Origin: Bdellovibrionales bacterium
GTDB lineage: Bacteria; Bdellovibrionota; UBA1018; CAIMNF01
Assembly: GCA_040380025.1 (NCBI GenBank)
Contig: JBEIJY010000035.1
Span: 1 to 24,273, forward strand
DNA length: 24,273 nucleotides
Reading direction: 5' to 3'
The translations under genes and the position numbers were made by a program. Positions within the stretch are counted from its first letter, which is position 1; each line of letters opens with the position of its first letter. The notes below the pieces were generated by a model, which searched no databases, was not told the origin of the DNA, and saw only the letters and a list, made by a program, of their open reading frames with translations. Of the stretch, positions 8,301 through 16,180 are shown piece after piece.

Positions 8301-8603
8301 AAAGAAATGGATCAGTACGGATGGACCGCATCGAACTCGGAGTTCATGGTTCACCCCGTGGCGCGCCTTAGACCGAACCGCTTCGGGCTCTATGATGTTC
8401 ATGGAAACATCCAGGAATGGACCGCCGACCTTGTCCGTAGCACAGGCAAATCTTCTGAATTCCGCGTGGTCCGCGGGGGATCGAACCACCTGACGGTCGA
8501 ATACGCCCGTTGCGCGTATGTCTCGGGATTTGATCCGAAAACCATCAATTCCGACCTCGGATTCCGCTTGGTTCGGGAACCGAGAAAACCGAATCCCCAC
8601 TGA
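5328..8603 (+). CDS. Large secreted protein with C-terminal formylglycine-generating enzyme (FGE-sulfatase/SUMF1, C-lectin fold) domain
   Basis: N-terminal signal-like segment. The last about 210 aa carry FRMG, TPVTQLQW..VMG.NPS, HPVLRVSWFDA..F, YRLPTSAEWEFGARAG, PNRFGLYDVHGNIQEW, RVVRGGS and LGFRLV. The first about 870 aa are unassigned. Confidence 0.85.
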   Translation: MAVSVRMISILCLLAGLGAQDSQAQSNPDCSDLLHGNRDPSLPASGSLPLAAQSLDELLGLFSRGLIPDLSQPNQRIAFDLYLKIRFGNPNAFLGADPLGRVAEELARHPDLHKEPFRNFIVEQKAFRYGVTDRLAKFTLSHLNSSGQVRSNLFRVGENLGYWKQVFSYPGSESEKYGIRMEEFLESRIPSSLRSALRNAATPAKERAKTLFSHLREQRRQMQKNGESVQRISQTMVDLIHTIGYHDQSVIDALKSADAQTRIGAFRQVLVLRDEFAMELGFRDHFAGALNQLGVAMPTGVESEANLPETIQSLYDEAAAQKNRTESTLRFEVRHLSLIESLFRSCVGGSDCSTRTYLTRALDPNYHYFTMTDEQGRSTGQATVVLGSARAGETPLQTAFLDKVQNVDPAVLPVFLEAIRQSLLEKNLRLAIPMDPGNHNGISNDASTRNFIANRIPVAMEPVLLRFKPRPHRYRFENTYSRADQALPMRMVLSAPVPETTRILPGEIITDWKTPEIPIQSAIASLVALKRGGPEEQFRYLSSIRALRKAGQVGDPLFEPTLREWIRNPALPFLIRKEALLIDCEDHVRSLPEALIAFSQKEQVDLIQNILDTPRRRHLITERMPVTPDLIVRVRFVPKVRTMLTELYPESIRELITRIAETGDLNAEQVKSSIRYLEKCLNHGDFSSYAGVLRNAANSGIREWIEDRLGGLFLNDVLSNDALARRLNALREEEEPGIRGFRDAVFARVFSEERFQGFPVRETHQEILTLARRSGAGLEEAAWEWLRDPAIETTRKSAFVLSQIGADLPRFDRARRAVPPDLQEELGRAIEDQSAIGVFRAFAEQKNLSPFLFREGVEESFRFVSDGFPNGTPGGAILFRMGEGDSARMVNLSAPFEMQATPVTQLQWMIVMGRNPSITGVNAKSVNIDGRQVSLDPDHPVLRVSWFDAMEFVSRLNSAQEQYVYRLPTSAEWEFGARAGSRSRFFFGDNPKEMDQYGWTASNSEFMVHPVARLRPNRFGLYDVHGNIQEWTADLVRSTGKSSEFRVVRGGSNHLTVEYARCAYVSGFDPKTINSDLGFRLVREPRKPNPH

Positions 8604-8711
8604 ACCCTGACAGGAATACTCTACCAAAACCCCGTTTTCTCGGGTAAATTATGCCCGAAATCATAAAGTGGTGCGTTTTGCGATAACGGAATTCGTTGAC
8701 AGGATAACGAC

Positions 8712-10193
8712 ATGAATCCGATGAATGCTGACTTACAAGTTTTAATGGCCGGGATCGAGACTGCGATCCAGTCGGGCTCCCTCTGGCTTCTCGTTCTCGC
8801 ACTTGCCGTTGCGTGCTTTTTCGAATTCATCAATGGCTTTCACGACACCGCGAATGCGGTGGCAACGGTGATCTACACAAAATCCCTTCGTCCGTGGCCT
8901 GCGGTCATCTGGTCGGGCATTTGCAATTTCATCGGTGTGTTCGCGGGCGGTGTTTCGGTTGCGATGGGCATCGTGAAGCTTCTGCCGGTGACTCTTCTTG
9001 CGGCATCGGATTCTTCCACCAGCCTGATCATGGTGTTCTCGATGCTGATCTCTTCTTGTGTGTGGAATTTCGGCACCTGGTACTTCGGTCTTCCCGCATC
9101 GAGCTCGCATGCCCTGATCGGCGGCATCGTGGGAGTAGGGGTGGGAAGCGCCCTTTGGGACGGACTGCCCGCCACATCGGGAGTCAACTGGACGAAGGCG
9201 ACCGACATCGGACTGTCTCTTTTGATCTCGCCTGTGCTCGGTTTCGCACTGGCCGCTTCGGGTTACCTCTTGATGAAAACCGTGCTGAAGAATCCGACGC
9301 TCTACCGGACGCCTCCCGGAGGCGAAAAACCGCCGCTCGGAGTGCGTCTTGCGCTGATCACGACGAGCACCGGCGTGAGTTTCGCCCATGGCTCGAATGA
9401 CGGACAAAAAGGGGTCGGACTGGTGATGCTGATCCTGATCGCGATTCTTCCGGCGCAGTTCGCGTTGAATCCCACCGCAACGCCGGAGGGAATCACGAAG
9501 GCCCTGAATGCCGCGAATGCGATCAAAGAAGAGCTCGCGATGGTGCCGCAGTCGAAGCCTTCGAAATCCTTTTCTCTGCTGGTTCCAGAAGCACGTGCCT
9601 CGGTGGCGGACGAAGCTCCCCAGAATGTCGTGAAGGCGTCCGCGCTGGTGAACGAGATCGGCCACGATCTCGAGAAAATCCATTCGATCGAAGAGCTCCG
9701 GAACGATGACCGGTTCCAGCTCCGGAGCCGCATCCTTCTTTTGGAGTCCGAACTCGGCAAACTCGAGAAGACCGGCATCAATCTGGCAAAAGTGAAGAGT
9801 CAGCGCAAGAATCTGACTTCGCTTGTGGAGTATGCGCCGTTTTGGGTGATCGTGATGATCGCGTTTTCACTGGGTCTCGGCACGATGATCGGCTGGAAGC
9901 GCATCGTGGTCACGCTCGGAGAGAAAATCGGAAAGACCCATCTGACCTATGCCCAGGGCGCGGTTTCGGAATTCGTCGCCATGAGCATGATCGGGATCTC
10001 GGCCGTGATCGGGCTTCCGGTCAGCACCACGCACTGTCTGTCGTCGGGGATCGCGGGGTCGATGGTGGCCGCGGGTTCGGGAGTCCGCTCGGGCACCGTG
10101 AAAAACATCCTTCTGGCATGGATCCTGACGTTTCCGATGACGGTTGCTATGTCGGCCGGCCTGTTCGTGCTCCTGCGAAAACTCTTTTCTTGA
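8712..10193 (+). CDS. pitA: Inorganic phosphate transporter, PiT family
   Basis: FEFINGFHDTANAVAT, GLPASSSHALIGG, SFAHGSNDGQKGVG, GTMIGWKRIV.TLGEKIGK and GLPVSTTH motifs. Soluble insert between the two halves. Start could be 8712 or 8721. Confidence 0.95.
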   Translation: MNPMNADLQVLMAGIETAIQSGSLWLLVLALAVACFFEFINGFHDTANAVATVIYTKSLRPWPAVIWSGICNFIGVFAGGVSVAMGIVKLLPVTLLAASDSSTSLIMVFSMLISSCVWNFGTWYFGLPASSSHALIGGIVGVGVGSALWDGLPATSGVNWTKATDIGLSLLISPVLGFALAASGYLLMKTVLKNPTLYRTPPGGEKPPLGVRLALITTSTGVSFAHGSNDGQKGVGLVMLILIAILPAQFALNPTATPEGITKALNAANAIKEELAMVPQSKPSKSFSLLVPEARASVADEAPQNVVKASALVNEIGHDLEKIHSIEELRNDDRFQLRSRILLLESELGKLEKTGINLAKVKSQRKNLTSLVEYAPFWVIVMIAFSLGLGTMIGWKRIVVTLGEKIGKTHLTYAQGAVSEFVAMSMIGISAVIGLPVSTTHCLSSGIAGSMVAAGSGVRSGTVKNILLAWILTFPMTVAMSAGLFVLLRKLFS

Positions 10194-10278
10194 TCCGGTC
10201 GCTTGATTTTCGACCGGATTCATTTACCATGAATGTATCTTTGGAATCGAATCCGTGTTTTTCGAGAAAGGAACATCC

Positions 10279-10551
10279 ATGAAATCCATCCTGTCGCGAG
10301 TTGTTCTGGCTCTTGCTGTGGCTGCATTTGTGGCTCCCGCAGTATCCTCCGCAAAGCCCGGGAAGCACCGGAGGCATGCCGCCCTGAAACGGGCTGCCAA
10401 GGCCGGCAAAGGTCGCAAGAAGAAAGCCGCAGCAGCGGCGGCTCGAAAAGAGACCGCTCCTGAAGCGCAGAAAGCCCAGATCGAGGCCCCGGCAGCTCCT
10501 GTCGTGCCGATGGCGCCCGGACCGGTTGCTCCGACGGGTTCGGCACAGTAA
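10279..10551 (+). CDS. Small secreted basic Ala/Lys/Pro-rich protein (90 aa)
   Basis: AAAGGA RBS and signal MKSILSRVVLALAVAAFVAPAVSSA. Mature part is KPGKHRRHAALKRAAKAGKGRKKK followed by a Pro/Ala tail. Confidence 0.75.
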   Translation: MKSILSRVVLALAVAAFVAPAVSSAKPGKHRRHAALKRAAKAGKGRKKKAAAAAARKETAPEAQKAQIEAPAAPVVPMAPGPVAPTGSAQ

Positions 10552-10689
10552 GCATGAGCCACACAGGCGATCCCTGACTGTTTCCTCGTTCCCAGTTCAC
10601 ATAATCATCATTATCAGACATCAAAGAACTGACGAGTCTCCCTCAAGAATTCCAGCATCAGCGCCGAGAAGCTTCTGAGGGAGTTCGTT

Positions 10690-12102
10690 ATGATCCTACA
10701 GACTCGATGGAAACGCATGCTGGTCACAGCCCGAAAAAACCGCGGGATTTTGATCTCGGGCGCCGCTGTGGTGCTGATTTTCGTCCTGTTCCAGAACTGC
10801 GGCGTGAGTCCGGATCAGTACGCGCCGAGCGGTCTGAATGATGGTTCGATGGATGAGAACCTGAACCTGAACACCCCGACGCCGCTTACTTTCTTCCCGG
10901 CAACCGCGACTCTGGGTCCATCCGCGACACAGGCTTTCACAGCCTTCGGAGGATCCAACTCTTACACCTTTACTTTGAACGGTCCCGGAAGCATCCAATC
11001 GATCGTGGGAAATACCGCAACCTACCGAGCCCCGAACACGATCCCCCAAAACCAGACTGCAAGCCTTGCCGTTCAAGATTCCGCAGGGTCTATCAGGACT
11101 GTTTCGATCACGCTCCAGGTGGCCCAAGCCACTCCGACGACAACCCCGACATCGACTCCGACCACCACGCCGACCGCAACTCCGAATGCCTCTTTATTCC
11201 GGAATCTTCTGACCCCGTACGGGAACTGCCTGATCAGCAACAACGGAAAACTCGAAATCAAAAACCCTTGCACTCCTTACGGAAGCCAATCCGAACAGTT
11301 TGAATTGCGAGCGATTCTGATCGATCAGACTTGGGTCTTTCAGTTGCGGTCGTCTGCCGGAAGTTGCGCCACGGTGAAAGACAGTCGTCTCGATAACGGT
11401 GCACCCATCGAGATGGTCGCCTGCAACCAGCAGAACGCAAACCAGCTTTGGGCGCAAACGAACCAAAACGGGTACCTGAGACTTCAGGCTATCCATAGCG
11501 GAAAGTGTCTGGATGTGCCCCACGGAAACCAAGGAAACACGACCCAGCTAATCCAATACGACTGCCATGCCGACAACGACGGTCGCAGATGGGCCCAACG
11601 CTTCTTGCGGGTCCGGCCGGCACCTGCTCTGAATCAAATCGCTCCTGCTACTGAACTTCGAATCCGGCACATCGCCGGCCGATGCGTCCGCACCGCAATC
11701 GGACAAGGCCAGGATTCGCCCAACTTGTGGTCTTACTCTTGTGGAGCCGGCTCACAATATCGCTTTCGGTTGATCTCGTTTGCCGGCAACGGGGCCCCCT
11801 ACCAGATCAAAAGCGGCAACGACAAGTGCCTGACCGTGCTCGATGGCGCGACCCAAAACGGAACCCGAATCACCGAGCAAGACTGCGGAACCGGCTATGT
11901 GGTGGAACAGCTCTGGAACATCCAGCCGACTCCGAATGCGGGACTGTTTTTTACGATTCAACGGGTGGGCGCAAACCTCTGTATGGATTTATCTGGAGCG
12001 GATGATCTTTTTGAACCGGTCGCTCAGGATAATGGCACGGCAATTCAACAATGGGGCTGCAACGGCTCGAACGCGCAGAAATTCATGTTTGATTTGCCTT
12101 GA
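10690..12102 (+). CDS. Lipoprotein with Ig-like module, Thr/Pro linker and two ricin-B (beta-trefoil) lectin domains
   Basis: Hydrophobic stretch ending LFQNC. Ig-like segment (TFFPATATL...FTAFGG..YTF...YRAP...VQDSAG). Cys-paired QxW/F repeats (SEQF, NQLW, AQRF, QYRF, EQLW, AQKF) with SGKCLDV, KCLTV, LCMDL and IQQWGCNG. GAGGGAG RBS. Confidence 0.88.
   Translation: MILQTRWKRMLVTARKNRGILISGAAVVLIFVLFQNCGVSPDQYAPSGLNDGSMDENLNLNTPTPLTFFPATATLGPSATQAFTAFGGSNSYTFTLNGPGSIQSIVGNTATYRAPNTIPQNQTASLAVQDSAGSIRTVSITLQVAQATPTTTPTSTPTTTPTATPNASLFRNLLTPYGNCLISNNGKLEIKNPCTPYGSQSEQFELRAILIDQTWVFQLRSSAGSCATVKDSRLDNGAPIEMVACNQQNANQLWAQTNQNGYLRLQAIHSGKCLDVPHGNQGNTTQLIQYDCHADNDGRRWAQRFLRVRPAPALNQIAPATELRIRHIAGRCVRTAIGQGQDSPNLWSYSCGAGSQYRFRLISFAGNGAPYQIKSGNDKCLTVLDGATQNGTRITEQDCGTGYVVEQLWNIQPTPNAGLFFTIQRVGANLCMDLSGADDLFEPVAQDNGTAIQQWGCNGSNAQKFMFDLP
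11128..11184 (+). repeat. Degenerate 12-bp tandem repeat encoding a Thr-Pro linker
   Basis: ACTCCGACGACA ACCCCGACATCG ACTCCGACCACC ACGCCGACCGCA ACTCCG, encoding ATPTTTPTSTPTTTPTATP. Confidence 0.75.
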
Positions 12103-12112
12103 TGAATCTTGG

Positions 12113-12637
12113 TTACGGTCCCTCGCACTCGGGAACGGCCGGGTTCCCGTAGCGGTGGTTCTCGAGCCCCGTGATCGTACAGAATTTCGCACCCGCGAAG
12201 GCCCCGCCGAGCTGAAAACAACTGGTCAGCACGGTAAGCACCGAAGCCCCGTCCGCGGGCGTCGTCACGCGCGTGCGGTAAAGTTCACCTGCGACGACAG
12301 GAGCGGGCTGATCGCGATAGCCCCGGATCCGCGGCCCCGTCTCGATCAACTCGGGCTCCCCGACCAAAAACCGGCGGTATGCGGTCGCAGGGTCTCCCAT
12401 CGTTTTTTGAAGCAAGTGAATGCCCTCGGGCGAGGAGTAATAGCACGCCATCTTGCCCGTGAAGAGCGTTCCCCAGTCGCGGTCAAAGTGCGAGTCCCGA
12501 AGCGACTCGAACACGCGGTAGAGCACGTATTTCGGGTTGTAGGCATACCCGTACTGGAACGCCCCCGGGTCGCAGGCCTGGAGAACCGGGGTCAGCAGAA
12601 GCGCGAGTACAACCAAAGACAATGATTTTCGTTTCAT
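12113..12637 (-). CDS. Hypothetical lipoprotein
   Basis: MKRKSLSLVVLALLLTPVLQAC with a lipobox-like LQAC. Four further Cys. No recognised domain. Confidence 0.7.
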   Translation of the reverse strand: MKRKSLSLVVLALLLTPVLQACDPGAFQYGYAYNPKYVLYRVFESLRDSHFDRDWGTLFTGKMACYYSSPEGIHLLQKTMGDPATAYRRFLVGEPELIETGPRIRGYRDQPAPVVAGELYRTRVTTPADGASVLTVLTSCFQLGGAFAGAKFCTITGLENHRYGNPAVPECEGP

Positions 12638-12674
12638 CAAGAGAGGTCATCGCACAGGCAGCGCTGGAACGCAA

Positions 12675-13712
12675 TCATAAATTAAATTTATTTAGTTTAA
12701 AGAAGGCCGCACCGGCACCGCTGGTGATCCGCTCCCGAACCGAGGCGAGCTTCGGAAATCGTTCGCCCAGCATCCGAAGGATGCGAATCCGGTGTTCGCG
12801 GGTCAGAATGGTTTTCAGTTCGGGCTTCACCCGGCCGATTCCGTTCAGGGACTCATCAAGAGACCGCGGTGCGATCGTCGGAAACACCTCGCGCGCCGAT
12901 TGGTCCTCGACCACGGTCGGATAAGTCAGGCTCTCGATCAGATGCCGCCCCACCCGCGCATGCTCGGGCACCACGAGCTCGAAGATTTCTCCCAGAACCG
13001 CAGGATCGATCTCGGGCACGGGGAACATCTTTCGATCCATCCCCGAGTGTGCGGCAACGCGACCCAAAAGATCGGCATAGGCGATTTGATCGGGGCCCCC
13101 GATTTCAAAGACGCGCGATCCCCGCACCTCTTGCGTGAGCCCGAGGACAAGGTACGCGATCATATCCTCAAAATGGATCGGCTGGCAGAGCTCGCGCAAA
13201 TTCGCAGGATCGATCAAAAACGGAAGCCTGCTCACGAGCGCCTTCAGGATTTCAGTCGAGGTCGAGCCCTCACCGAGCACGATCGAGGCCCGGAACTCAA
13301 GCACCTGTGCCCGCCCGAGCGCAAGAATGGCGCCGGTCAGATGCCGGCTTCGCAGGTGGGGTGAGAGGTCCCCCGCCCGCCCGAGACCGCCCAGATACAC
13401 GATCCGACCGATTCCCTGCTCGTTCGAGCATTTCGTGAAGACCTGCGCCGCAAGCGCCTCGTGATGCTCGAACGAACGCGGCTCGCCCAGCCCGTGAACG
13501 AGGTACACCGCCGACTCGCAGTCTTTCATGGCATCGGATACCGCCTTGGCATCGCGGACATCGCCCGGAAAGACCTGAAAAGAAGGATGCGAGATCGTGA
13601 CTTTCGAGGGATTCCGCGCGAGAGCGTGGATGACAAACCCCTCCTCCAGAAGCCGCAAGGCCAGAAGATTTCCCACATACCCCGACACCCCGGTCATCAT
13701 GATTTTTTTCAT
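12675..13712 (-). CDS. NAD(P)-binding atypical SDR / epimerase family protein (YbjT-like N-terminal part)
   Basis: TGVSGYVG Rossmann motif, AVYLVHG, RIVYLGGLG, LSPHLRSR, FRASIVLG.GS, CQPIH..D and FEIGGPD. GGAGG RBS. Confidence 0.9.
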   Translation of the reverse strand: MKKIMMTGVSGYVGNLLALRLLEEGFVIHALARNPSKVTISHPSFQVFPGDVRDAKAVSDAMKDCESAVYLVHGLGEPRSFEHHEALAAQVFTKCSNEQGIGRIVYLGGLGRAGDLSPHLRSRHLTGAILALGRAQVLEFRASIVLGEGSTSTEILKALVSRLPFLIDPANLRELCQPIHFEDMIAYLVLGLTQEVRGSRVFEIGGPDQIAYADLLGRVAAHSGMDRKMFPVPEIDPAVLGEIFELVVPEHARVGRHLIESLTYPTVVEDQSAREVFPTIAPRSLDESLNGIGRVKPELKTILTREHRIRILRMLGERFPKLASVRERITSGAGAAFFKLNKFNL

Positions 13713-13757
13713 GGATTCAGATCCTCCGTGTTAGCATCTGCCCTAGAAGAGGCCTCG

Positions 13758-14549
13758 ATGAGCTTACTGCATTTTTTGCCCGGTGTCGTGAAAGAACTCG
13801 CCAAGCATGTGCCCGATCTTGCGCTTGAGGTCACGGACTGGCGGGGCGTAAGCCGCGACATTCCGGTGATCTCACACCGCTGGCTTACGGGAGCCGGCAT
13901 CCAGGAGCTCCGGCGCGCGCATGAGCACAAGATCGGTGCGTTTGTAGAGTTTTCGTCAGGCCCCGGCCCGACCAGCGCTGATCTGCCGACCAAAGAAAAG
14001 GGCGATGCGATTCTGAAACTGTACTTTGCCCAGCTGTATGTTCCGGAAGGACTTTTTTTTGACCTTCGGGACCAGCATTTCGACTGGAAAGAAGGAAAGC
14101 TTCTCTTTGCGCCGAACGGTCTTTGGTACCGTTTGAGTGATGCGTTTCGCACCGGAATTCTTACCGTTTACCAGGGATTTTACCGCGGGGATGAGAAGCT
14201 GTTCGAAGAAGGGCTCGTAGCCACGGGACTTTTGGACCGTTCCTGGAGCCAGGAAGATCAGAGTGAGATCAAGAATCTCTTTCGGTCCCACTTCGGAGAA
14301 AGCCTCGATCGGGACATGGTCTTCGGGCTTGCGGGATTTCAGGAATCCTTTTTGAAGATCTTCCAGTTTCTGGTCCGGAAAAAAATAAAACTCTCGAGCG
14401 AGTTCATGGTGTTCGGAATCTGTCTGGTGACCCTGTATCTTGCGCTCGAAAAAGGCGCCTTCGCGCACGCTGTGCGATCGATCTTTCTTGAGGTTGATCA
14501 ATTCATGCAAGGTCGAAAAGAAGAAATTCCGAGTCCTCTTTCGCCGTAA
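13758..14549 (+). CDS. Hypothetical protein resembling the C-terminal part of UbiB/ABC1 (AarF) atypical kinases
   Basis: ATG13758 after GAAGAGG. The segments ILKLYFAQL..EGLFFDLR, RLSDAFR...GD..LFEEGLVATGLL and IKLSSEFMVFGICLVTL parallel ABC1 C-lobe segments, but HADPHPGN and DFG are not intact. Confidence 0.65.
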   Translation: MSLLHFLPGVVKELAKHVPDLALEVTDWRGVSRDIPVISHRWLTGAGIQELRRAHEHKIGAFVEFSSGPGPTSADLPTKEKGDAILKLYFAQLYVPEGLFFDLRDQHFDWKEGKLLFAPNGLWYRLSDAFRTGILTVYQGFYRGDEKLFEEGLVATGLLDRSWSQEDQSEIKNLFRSHFGESLDRDMVFGLAGFQESFLKIFQFLVRKKIKLSSEFMVFGICLVTLYLALEKGAFAHAVRSIFLEVDQFMQGRKEEIPSPLSP

Positions 14550-15201
14550 GGATCAGCCGCTCCCCGCCCGACCCCGCAAGTCCGTCCCCAGGCCGCATCT
14601 CACGACCCGCGACTTCAAGAGTCCCCCGGATGAGCTGAATCCAAAAATGCCTGCCCTCCGTCACAGGCGCCTCGACCGAGTTTGCTTGATCCAGGAGCGA
14701 GGCATACAACACCACGTCTTGCCGAATCGCAATCGATTCGCCCCGTCCGTCGAGCGAAGCCACAGGACAAAGGCGGTTTCTTCGGGAATCACGGACAAAA
14801 TGCGCCTCGGAATAAATCGGCTTCCCCCCTTGTGCGCGGGGGAGAATCCAAATCTGGAGCAGATGGCACTCCTCGGTTTTGGACGCATTGAACTCGCTAT
14901 GGTACACCCCCGAGGCGGCGCTCATGTATTGCACATCACCCGGGCGGATCACAGATCCGCTTCCCATGCTGTCACGGTGCTCAAGAGCCCCGCGCACCAC
15001 GTAGGTCAGGATCTCCATGTTTCGGTGGGGGTGCGAGGGAAACCCTTCACCCGGAGCGATCACATCCTCGTTGATGACCCGAAGGGCCCGAAAGCCCATA
15101 TGGCGCTCGTCATAATACTCACCGAACGAAAAAGTGTGGGCGGTTTTGAGCCAGCCGTGATCGAAGGTGCCGCGTTCTGCCGAGGGACGGAAAAGGTGCA
15201 T
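14503..15201 (-). CDS. Pirin family protein (YhhW-like)
   Basis: HGWLKTAHTFSFGEYYD, LRVINED, GFPSHPHRNMEI, HRDSMG, VQYMSAASGVYHSEFN, LLQIWI and FLLFDL. Confidence 0.96.
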   Translation of the reverse strand: MHLFRPSAERGTFDHGWLKTAHTFSFGEYYDERHMGFRALRVINEDVIAPGEGFPSHPHRNMEILTYVVRGALEHRDSMGSGSVIRPGDVQYMSAASGVYHSEFNASKTEECHLLQIWILPRAQGGKPIYSEAHFVRDSRRNRLCPVASLDGRGESIAIRQDVVLYASLLDQANSVEAPVTEGRHFWIQLIRGTLEVAGREMRPGDGLAGSGGERLILTAKEDSEFLLFDLA

Positions 15202-15271
15202 GGAAGGATCTCCCTGAACTCACAATACCGTCAAACCAGGCACCTTGCCAATCCGTCCGGGACTGGACAGA

Positions 15272-15291
15272 TTGTTCCGGATTTGGAACAA
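15272..15291. promoter_or_regulatory. LysR binding box between pirin and lysR
   Basis: Palindrome TTGTTCC-GGATTT-GGAACAA containing T-N11-A, just upstream of the lysR ATG in a divergent promoter. Confidence 0.7.
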
Positions 15292-15298
15292 ATACAGG

Positions 15299-16180
15299 AT
15301 GATTGATCTGAATGAGATTCAGTGCTTCAAACAGGTGGCGGAACACGGAAGCTTCAGCGCCGCAAGCAAGGCCGCCTCCATCCCGAAATCGACCCTGTCA
15401 CGGAAGGTCTCGGATTTGGAGCAAAGACTCGGCGTCACACTCCTCCGACGGACCACGAGACAGGTAAAACTCACCGAAACGGGCCTCGAATATCTGAAGA
15501 TCTGTCAAAAAGCCCTCTCGGAGATCGAACGGGCCGAGAGTCTCGCCTCGCGATCGGAAGAAACCCCCGAAGGCAAACTCAGGGTGGCTGCACCGCTTGA
15601 TCTCGGCCTCACTTACCTCGCCGGGCTGGCGAGCGAATTCATCGAAACCTATCCCGGGATCGAACTCGAATTCGTGCTCGGCGACGCCCTGATTGATCTG
15701 ATCGAGCAAAGAGTAGACCTCTCGGTTCGAGCGGGAACCCAGGAGGACTCAAGCCTGAAGGCGCTCAAGATCGGGGTTTCGGAATTCAAGCTATACGCTT
15801 CCCCCGTCTACCTGAAAAAATATGGCGAACCCCTGAGCCCGAAGGACCTCGAGCAACATCGGTGCATTGTGTTTCGGAACCTGCATCCCGAAGGTCAATG
15901 GCCTTTGTCATCCAGGAACGGACGGGCAAAAGTGAATCCCTCGAAAAAACTGATCTGCGACTCCCTGAACATGGCCATGCAACTGGCTTTGAAGGGTGCG
16001 GGAATCGCCCTGTTGCCTGTGTTTCTCGGGCACGAGGAGGTCGAAAAAAACCAGTTGATCCGCGTCTTAAAAAACTGGGGCACAGAGAGAGAGCCCGTCT
16101 ACGCTGTGTATCCGGACCAACCCTATGTGCCCCTGAGAACGAGATTGTTTCTCGAATCCCTGAAAAAAGCCTTCGGATGA
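15299..16180 (+). CDS. LysR-family transcriptional regulator (CrgA/DmlR-like)
   Basis: MIDLNEIQCFKQVAEHGSFSAAS...KSTLSRKVSDLEQRLGVTLLRRTTRQVKLTETG HTH, then PEGKLRV, DLIEQRVDLSVR, YASPVYL..YGEP and GAGIALLP. Confidence 0.96.
   Translation: MIDLNEIQCFKQVAEHGSFSAASKAASIPKSTLSRKVSDLEQRLGVTLLRRTTRQVKLTETGLEYLKICQKALSEIERAESLASRSEETPEGKLRVAAPLDLGLTYLAGLASEFIETYPGIELEFVLGDALIDLIEQRVDLSVRAGTQEDSSLKALKIGVSEFKLYASPVYLKKYGEPLSPKDLEQHRCIVFRNLHPEGQWPLSSRNGRAKVNPSKKLICDSLNMAMQLALKGAGIALLPVFLGHEEVEKNQLIRVLKNWGTEREPVYAVYPDQPYVPLRTRLFLESLKKAFG

Noticed and set aside
8460..8603. Diversity-generating retroelement around the FGE/C-lectin C-terminus
   Set aside because: No reverse transcriptase, accessory gene or second near-identical template repeat is visible in the window. 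A remote DGR cannot be excluded.
2117..8603. Integron or prophage interpretation of the recombinase plus orphan genes
   Set aside because: No IntI-specific insertion, attC-like repeats, tRNA target or phage genes were seen. The recombinase is flanked by housekeeping genes.
6348..8627. Long antisense ORFs (also 627-2201, 18161-19885 and 21073-23187)
   Set aside because: They mirror genuine genes on the opposite strand and carry no recognisable motifs. They are expected shadows of GC-rich codon usage.
8676..8703. TTTTGCGATAA, similar to one arm of the dif-like site
   Set aside because: There is no matching second arm at 6-bp spacing. It is more likely part of the pit promoter.
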